In this document: one piece after another, positions 60,173 to 64,000 of the stretch
Position numbering within the stretch: position 1 is the first letter of the stretch
Layout of the letters: every line of letters starts with the position of its first letter
Source: Nitrospira sp.
GTDB lineage: Bacteria; Nitrospirota; Thermodesulfovibrionia; UBA6902
Direction of reading: 5' to 3'
Length of the DNA: 64,000 nt
NCBI GenBank assembly: GCA_016784355.1
Contig: JADHUV010000006.1
Coordinates: forward strand, 28,372 to 92,371
The notes under the pieces: model-generated
The model's database searches: none
What the model saw: only the letters and a program-made list of their open reading frames with translations
Told to the model about the DNA's origin: nothing
Position numbers and translations under genes: made by a program

Positions 60173-60197
60173 GGGCAGGTTTGGAACCTGCCCCTAC
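60173..60197. repeat. GTAGGGGCAGGTTCCAAACCTGCCC palindromic element, copy 2 (minus-strand orientation)
   Basis: The plus strand reads AGGGCAGGTTTGGAACCTGCCCCTAC. Its reverse complement matches 4593-4617 at 23 of 25 positions. Starts 2 nt after the CGGC gene stop. Confidence 0.6.
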
Positions 60198-60199
60198 GG

Positions 60200-60640
60200 T
60201 TATTTTTTTAAGCCGGCTTTTATGAGGTCGACCATGGATTCCCTTGGTTGGCAGAGCATGTTCTTTACCTTTTCACGGTATTGATCCTGGGTAAGTTTGG
60301 AAAAGTGTGTCCCGATAACTATCTCTATCTCAGGGAAATGTTCCTGTAAAATAGATACGTATTTTGCTTTAAAGGGACAGAGTGTATCTATACAATAGGT
60401 CAGGTGAATTGCGTCCACCCCAAATTCCACGAGTCCTCGAACTCGTTCAAGTATCTTCTCGTATCCGGCAACAGTAGGGCATCCTGAGCAGTTAATGATC
60501 CCTACAAGGTCGAGTTCGTCATCCTCTTTATAGCGCTCAAATCCTCCTATTCGTTCCCTCATAGACTTCAGGCAGGACACAGATGAACACCCGAGATCCT
60601 GGGTGGCGCTGGAGCATGTAAGTATTCCTATTCTTGGCAT
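60200..60640 (-). CDS. CGGC-domain protein
   Basis: 'MPRIGILTCSSATQDLGCSSVSCL...LVGIINCSGCPT' fits the CGGC-domain pattern of an N-terminal Cys pair plus C(S/G)GCP. Confidence 0.6.
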   Translation of the reverse strand: MPRIGILTCSSATQDLGCSSVSCLKSMRERIGGFERYKEDDELDLVGIINCSGCPTVAGYEKILERVRGLVEFGVDAIHLTYCIDTLCPFKAKYVSILQEHFPEIEIVIGTHFSKLTQDQYREKVKNMLCQPRESMVDLIKAGLKK

Positions 60641-60643
60641 GGG

Positions 60644-62092
60644 TTATTTTTCATCCTCCCCGGTTTCAGTTTTTTTCTGCACAGATTTAGGTGATTTTTT
60701 GACTGAAGCATTGCCTTCAGCTGAGATCTCTCCTAGATATTTTGGAAGTTCAATCCCTGCCATCCCTGCAACATCGTGAAGCGGCGGCAGACTTTTGATA
60801 AGTCCGGCCATGAAGTTGGAAGTGGTTGTTCCGCTGCCATCTCCACTGCCAGAATCCCAGACTGTAATTTTATCAATCTTGAGATTCCTGATCGCTTCAA
60901 CCTGAAGCTTGACTATGTCTTCTATCTTTTCTGTCATCAGCAGAGTTGCAGCTGCTTTTGCATCACCATTACAGCCCTTAACCAATGAGAGGTAACCGGA
61001 AGACTTGCTTTCAAGTACTCTCTTAATACCATCAGCTTCCGCAATGTACTTAAGCAGGATGGCATCCGCCTCACCTTTTGCCTCTCGGCGGGTCCGCTCT
61101 GCCTTTGCTTCTGCAGCGATCTCAACTTTTTTCTTTTCGATCTCCTCTTTAGCAACTTCTTCAGCATTCAGGCGCTCTATCTCGGCCTTGTACTGGGCCT
61201 TCTGGATTTCTACATCAGCAACGCGCTTTGCAACTTCACCTTTCTGCTCCGCTGTTGCCTGCTTTACGGCAAGTTCTGCTCTTGAATCCGCAATGTTTGC
61301 CTTGGCAATATTCTCCCCTGCGATCGCCTCGGCCTCACGATCCTGGACATAAATTCTTCTCTCGGATTCGGCCTTCTTTTTTCCTTTTTCAGCCTCAGCT
61401 ATGTTTTCAGCGACCCGGATTTCTTTTGCCTTGGTTGCCTCTGATTCACCGATTGCACCGAGCTTTTCCTGTTCCGCAACATCGACCTTTGCCTGATTGA
61501 TTGCCTCGGCAGCAGCTTTTTTACCAATACTGGAGATATAACTTGAATCATCTGTGATATCAGTTATATTTACATTGATCAGATAAAGTCCGATCTTATT
61601 GAGCTCGGGAGATACATTCTTTCTGATAGAATCCAGAAAACTTTCCCGATCCTGGTTAATCTGTTCAATAGTCAGGGAGGCGACGGTCAGTCTGAGCTGT
61701 CCGAATATGATTTCCTTGGCCATTTCTTCAATATCAGCTTTTTCCTGGTTAAGCAGGCGTTCTGCCGCATTGGTCATTATGCCGGGTTCCGTACTGATAC
61801 CGACCGTAAAGGTGCTGGGAACATTGATCCTGATGTTCTGCAGCGATAGCGCATTCTGCAACGGTATACTGATGGTCATAGGGGTCAGACTGATAAAGGC
61901 ATAGTCCTGAATGAGCGGCCAAACCATTACGCCTCCGCCGTGTATGCAGTTGGCTGATTGGCCTTCTCCGACCCGGCCGTATACAACCAGGATCTCGTCA
62001 GAAGGGCACCGCTTGAAACGTGAGGCAAGAAACACCAGCGTAGAAATAAATAGTATTATGAATGCAAGTACAGGTAATATCCACAGATTCAT
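60644..62092 (-). CDS. Flotillin / SPFH (band 7) family protein, YqiK/FloT-like
   Basis: N-terminal TM. SPFH domain. Long Ala/Glu/Lys-rich coiled coil with EA-like repeats. AAAGGAGAG RBS. Confidence 0.9.
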   Translation of the reverse strand: MNLWILPVLAFIILFISTLVFLASRFKRCPSDEILVVYGRVGEGQSANCIHGGGVMVWPLIQDYAFISLTPMTISIPLQNALSLQNIRINVPSTFTVGISTEPGIMTNAAERLLNQEKADIEEMAKEIIFGQLRLTVASLTIEQINQDRESFLDSIRKNVSPELNKIGLYLINVNITDITDDSSYISSIGKKAAAEAINQAKVDVAEQEKLGAIGESEATKAKEIRVAENIAEAEKGKKKAESERRIYVQDREAEAIAGENIAKANIADSRAELAVKQATAEQKGEVAKRVADVEIQKAQYKAEIERLNAEEVAKEEIEKKKVEIAAEAKAERTRREAKGEADAILLKYIAEADGIKRVLESKSSGYLSLVKGCNGDAKAAATLLMTEKIEDIVKLQVEAIRNLKIDKITVWDSGSGDGSGTTTSNFMAGLIKSLPPLHDVAGMAGIELPKYLGEISAEGNASVKKSPKSVQKKTETGEDEK

Positions 62093-62105
62093 TATGAACT
62101 CTCCT

Positions 62106-62678
62106 TTATTTGTTGATTATGTCGACTATCAGGGTATTGCCCTCGACCCATATTACTTTGATCGGGGTACCGGTTTTAATCTCTTGTTTTGAGTGTGATT
62201 TTGCGTCATATTCGCGCAGGTGATTGTTGAAATTAATTGTCACCCTGCCGATGCCGTTTGCGGGTATCGTCAGGTACACTGTTCCGTTGCTGCCGACCGA
62301 GGTGCTAATATCAATATTGCCTCTTGACTGAAGGCCGTGAATGAAGGCAAATAATTTACCCATGACCCAGACCGAGGCCAGGCCTGCGATAGTCCCTCCG
62401 CTCACTGCAATCAGCGCCCCGCTTCCGCTTTGTCTGTACAGCGCATATCCGACAAGGCCGAACATCAGCAGGAAAGAGGTTAGTCCGTCTATTGATATAA
62501 GTTTAAAGCTGACATCAGCATCCATGTGTTCAAGATCTATATCGGCATCAATGTCAGTATCAGCATCAGCGCCTATGAACTGCATAATGATCCTCAGGGT
62601 CAGTACAATACCGCCAATTCCGGCACAGATTGCAAAAACAATTTCCAGTCCATTTAAGTTTTCAAACATTTTATTCAT
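62106..62678 (-). CDS. NfeD-like membrane protein (YqiJ-like) with C-terminal OB-fold
   Basis: Several TM helices followed by a beta-rich soluble C-terminus. Canonical position upstream of flotillin. Confidence 0.75.
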   Translation of the reverse strand: MNKMFENLNGLEIVFAICAGIGGIVLTLRIIMQFIGADADTDIDADIDLEHMDADVSFKLISIDGLTSFLLMFGLVGYALYRQSGSGALIAVSGGTIAGLASVWVMGKLFAFIHGLQSRGNIDISTSVGSNGTVYLTIPANGIGRVTINFNNHLREYDAKSHSKQEIKTGTPIKVIWVEGNTLIVDIINK

Positions 62679-62684
62679 TCCTCT

Positions 62685-63773
62685 CTATTTGTAGTCTGCG
62701 TTATCTGATATCTGTAGTAGCCTGTCTTTAAGTGCTTTCTCCAGCTGTTTCAGCTCATCCGCGGCTTTTTCTCTTTTGAGTCTGCCTTGACTCTGTATCT
62801 GGATTGTTTCTTCAAGAGTGCTTATTAATTCTGCATTGACCTTCTTAAGAGTGTCTATATCGACAATGCCTTTTTCTGCCTCAAGCGCGATTTCGGTTGA
62901 GCCGATTTTCAGCAACTCAGCATTTTTTTCCAGCAGGCTGTTTGTTGCATCTGAGATATCCTGCTGAAGACCGAGGACATCTTTTTGTCTGATTAAGGTA
63001 ATGGCTATGACTATCTGCTGTTTCCAAAGCGGTATTGTATTAAGGATGGAGCTCTGGATTTTTTCGGCCAACTCTTGATTGCTGTACTGTACAAGACGTA
63101 TCTGGGGTGCGGCCTGGAAAGTAACTGTTCGACTTAATTTTAGATCATGTATCTTCTTGTCCAGTCGTTCAATGAATTGCGCCAAGTCCTTGTATTGATG
63201 CAATGCAGTCGGGTCTCCTGAGGTCTCGGCAGTCTGTTTCATTTCAGGCAGTGCAGTCTCACGCAGTTCCTGGAGTCTGGCCTCACCGGCCTCGATATAT
63301 ATAGTGATTTCTCTGAAATATCCAATATTTTTATCATAAAATTGACCCAGTATCTCGACATCCCGAATAAGTTCTGTTCTGGCCTTTTCCAGGGATTCTA
63401 TAATAGATACGATCTGAACGCTCAGCGACTGGTACTTGTCCATGAACTTTTTTGAGCTGTCTATAAGGGATCCCAAAAATGGAATTTTCCCGAGGAAGCC
63501 GCTGCCTTTGCCATCAAGGCTGTCTATATGAAGCTCTCTTATCTTGCCAAGCAGTTCTGAGAGGATGGTTCCTGCATGTCCAGCACTTTTTGCTTTAACG
63601 TTTGAGAGAAGTTTATCTGAGAAGTCTGAGACCTGCTTCTGTGCCTCTGTTCCGAAGGTAATAAGGGAACCGATATTGGCAGTGTCGATATGAGATTTTA
63701 TTATATCGACTCTGGCTCGCTCATCTGCTGATAGTTTCTGATCAAAATTTTCTGACCGGACTATTTCATCCAT
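62685..63773 (-). CDS. TelA-like toxic anion resistance family protein
   Basis: 'LSRTVTFQAAPQIRLVQYSNQELAEKIQSSILNTIPLWKQQI' matches the conserved TelA/YceH core. Start set at the second ATG (GAGGGGG 6 nt upstream). Confidence 0.75.
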   Translation of the reverse strand: MDEIVRSENFDQKLSADERARVDIIKSHIDTANIGSLITFGTEAQKQVSDFSDKLLSNVKAKSAGHAGTILSELLGKIRELHIDSLDGKGSGFLGKIPFLGSLIDSSKKFMDKYQSLSVQIVSIIESLEKARTELIRDVEILGQFYDKNIGYFREITIYIEAGEARLQELRETALPEMKQTAETSGDPTALHQYKDLAQFIERLDKKIHDLKLSRTVTFQAAPQIRLVQYSNQELAEKIQSSILNTIPLWKQQIVIAITLIRQKDVLGLQQDISDATNSLLEKNAELLKIGSTEIALEAEKGIVDIDTLKKVNAELISTLEETIQIQSQGRLKREKAADELKQLEKALKDRLLQISDNADYK

Positions 63774-63891
63774 GCTCAGCCCCCTCATTTTTGAACTTGA
63801 GATCTTGCTTGTTTGTATGATTTTGAATCTGAATATTATAACTTAAAGAACTGGGGATTATTCTGAAAAATAGATCTCCCGCTATAACTCC

Positions 63892-64000
63892 TTAACGCTG
63901 ACGCGCAATCTCCTGTGCAAATATTGCATAAGCCATTGCAACATTTAGAGAAAGCGGCGCTCCGTGCATCGGCAGGCTTACCTTTATATCCAGATGTTTT
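63892..64000 (-). CDS. SpoU/TrmH-family RNA 2'-O-methyltransferase, C-terminal fragment (gene continues beyond the window)
   Basis: Minus-strand translation ends '...LPMHGAPLSLNVAMAYAIFAQEIARQR*', the typical SpoU C-terminal motif. Confidence 0.55.
   Translation of the reverse strand, partial: KHLDIKVSLPMHGAPLSLNVAMAYAIFAQEIARQR

Overview
This 64 kb window is densely coded (about 65 protein genes and one tRNA) and looks like it comes from an anaerobic or microaerophilic bacterium rich in c-type cytochromes; the gene content suggests Desulfobacterota or Nitrospirota, which I cannot confirm without database searches. I found no CRISPR array, no rRNA, and no integrase or transposase.

The main block is respiratory. 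An 11-gene complex I operon, nuoABCD-HIJKLMN (8972-19106), has no nuoE, nuoF or nuoG; only 70 bp separate nuoD from nuoH. It is followed by tRNA-Leu(GAG) and then an operon encoding a flavoprotein, a Rieske protein, a long cytochrome b, a hexaheme cytochrome c and a diheme cytochrome c (19406-25588). The flavoprotein is a GltD-like NAD(P)H-binding subunit fused to ferredoxin-type domains. I consider this flavoprotein-containing Rieske/cyt b complex the best candidate in the window for an undescribed system.

Other recognisable genes:
- sdhCAB with a diheme cytochrome b membrane subunit, next to a pentaheme cytochrome c
- kefG-kefC, a class II DAHP synthase, a DEAD-box helicase, cinA-ligA and htpG
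- a flotillin/NfeD/TelA membrane operon

Signalling genes are abundant:
- three HD-GYP proteins
- a sensor kinase whose periplasmic domain carries heme-c motifs, with a CheY-like response regulator and a DRTGG / HATPase / DRTGG triad, transcribed divergently from nuo
- Cache/PAS/GAF sensors
- a sigma-54-type promoter upstream of a PEP-CTERM protein

Smaller oddities:
- a WYL regulator beside a Tat-signal HIRAN-like protein, flanked by GTAGGGGC-hairpin motifs; one of these palindromes recurs about 55 kb away
- an in-frame amber codon inside a PAS sensor gene
- a protein whose C-terminal half looks like an HprK-type P-loop kinase
- ATATCGAAT direct repeats upstream of an acyltransferase
- a 57-aa zinc-ribbon ORF that falls below the ORF-track cutoff

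All calls rest on motifs read directly from the translations. No database search was run.
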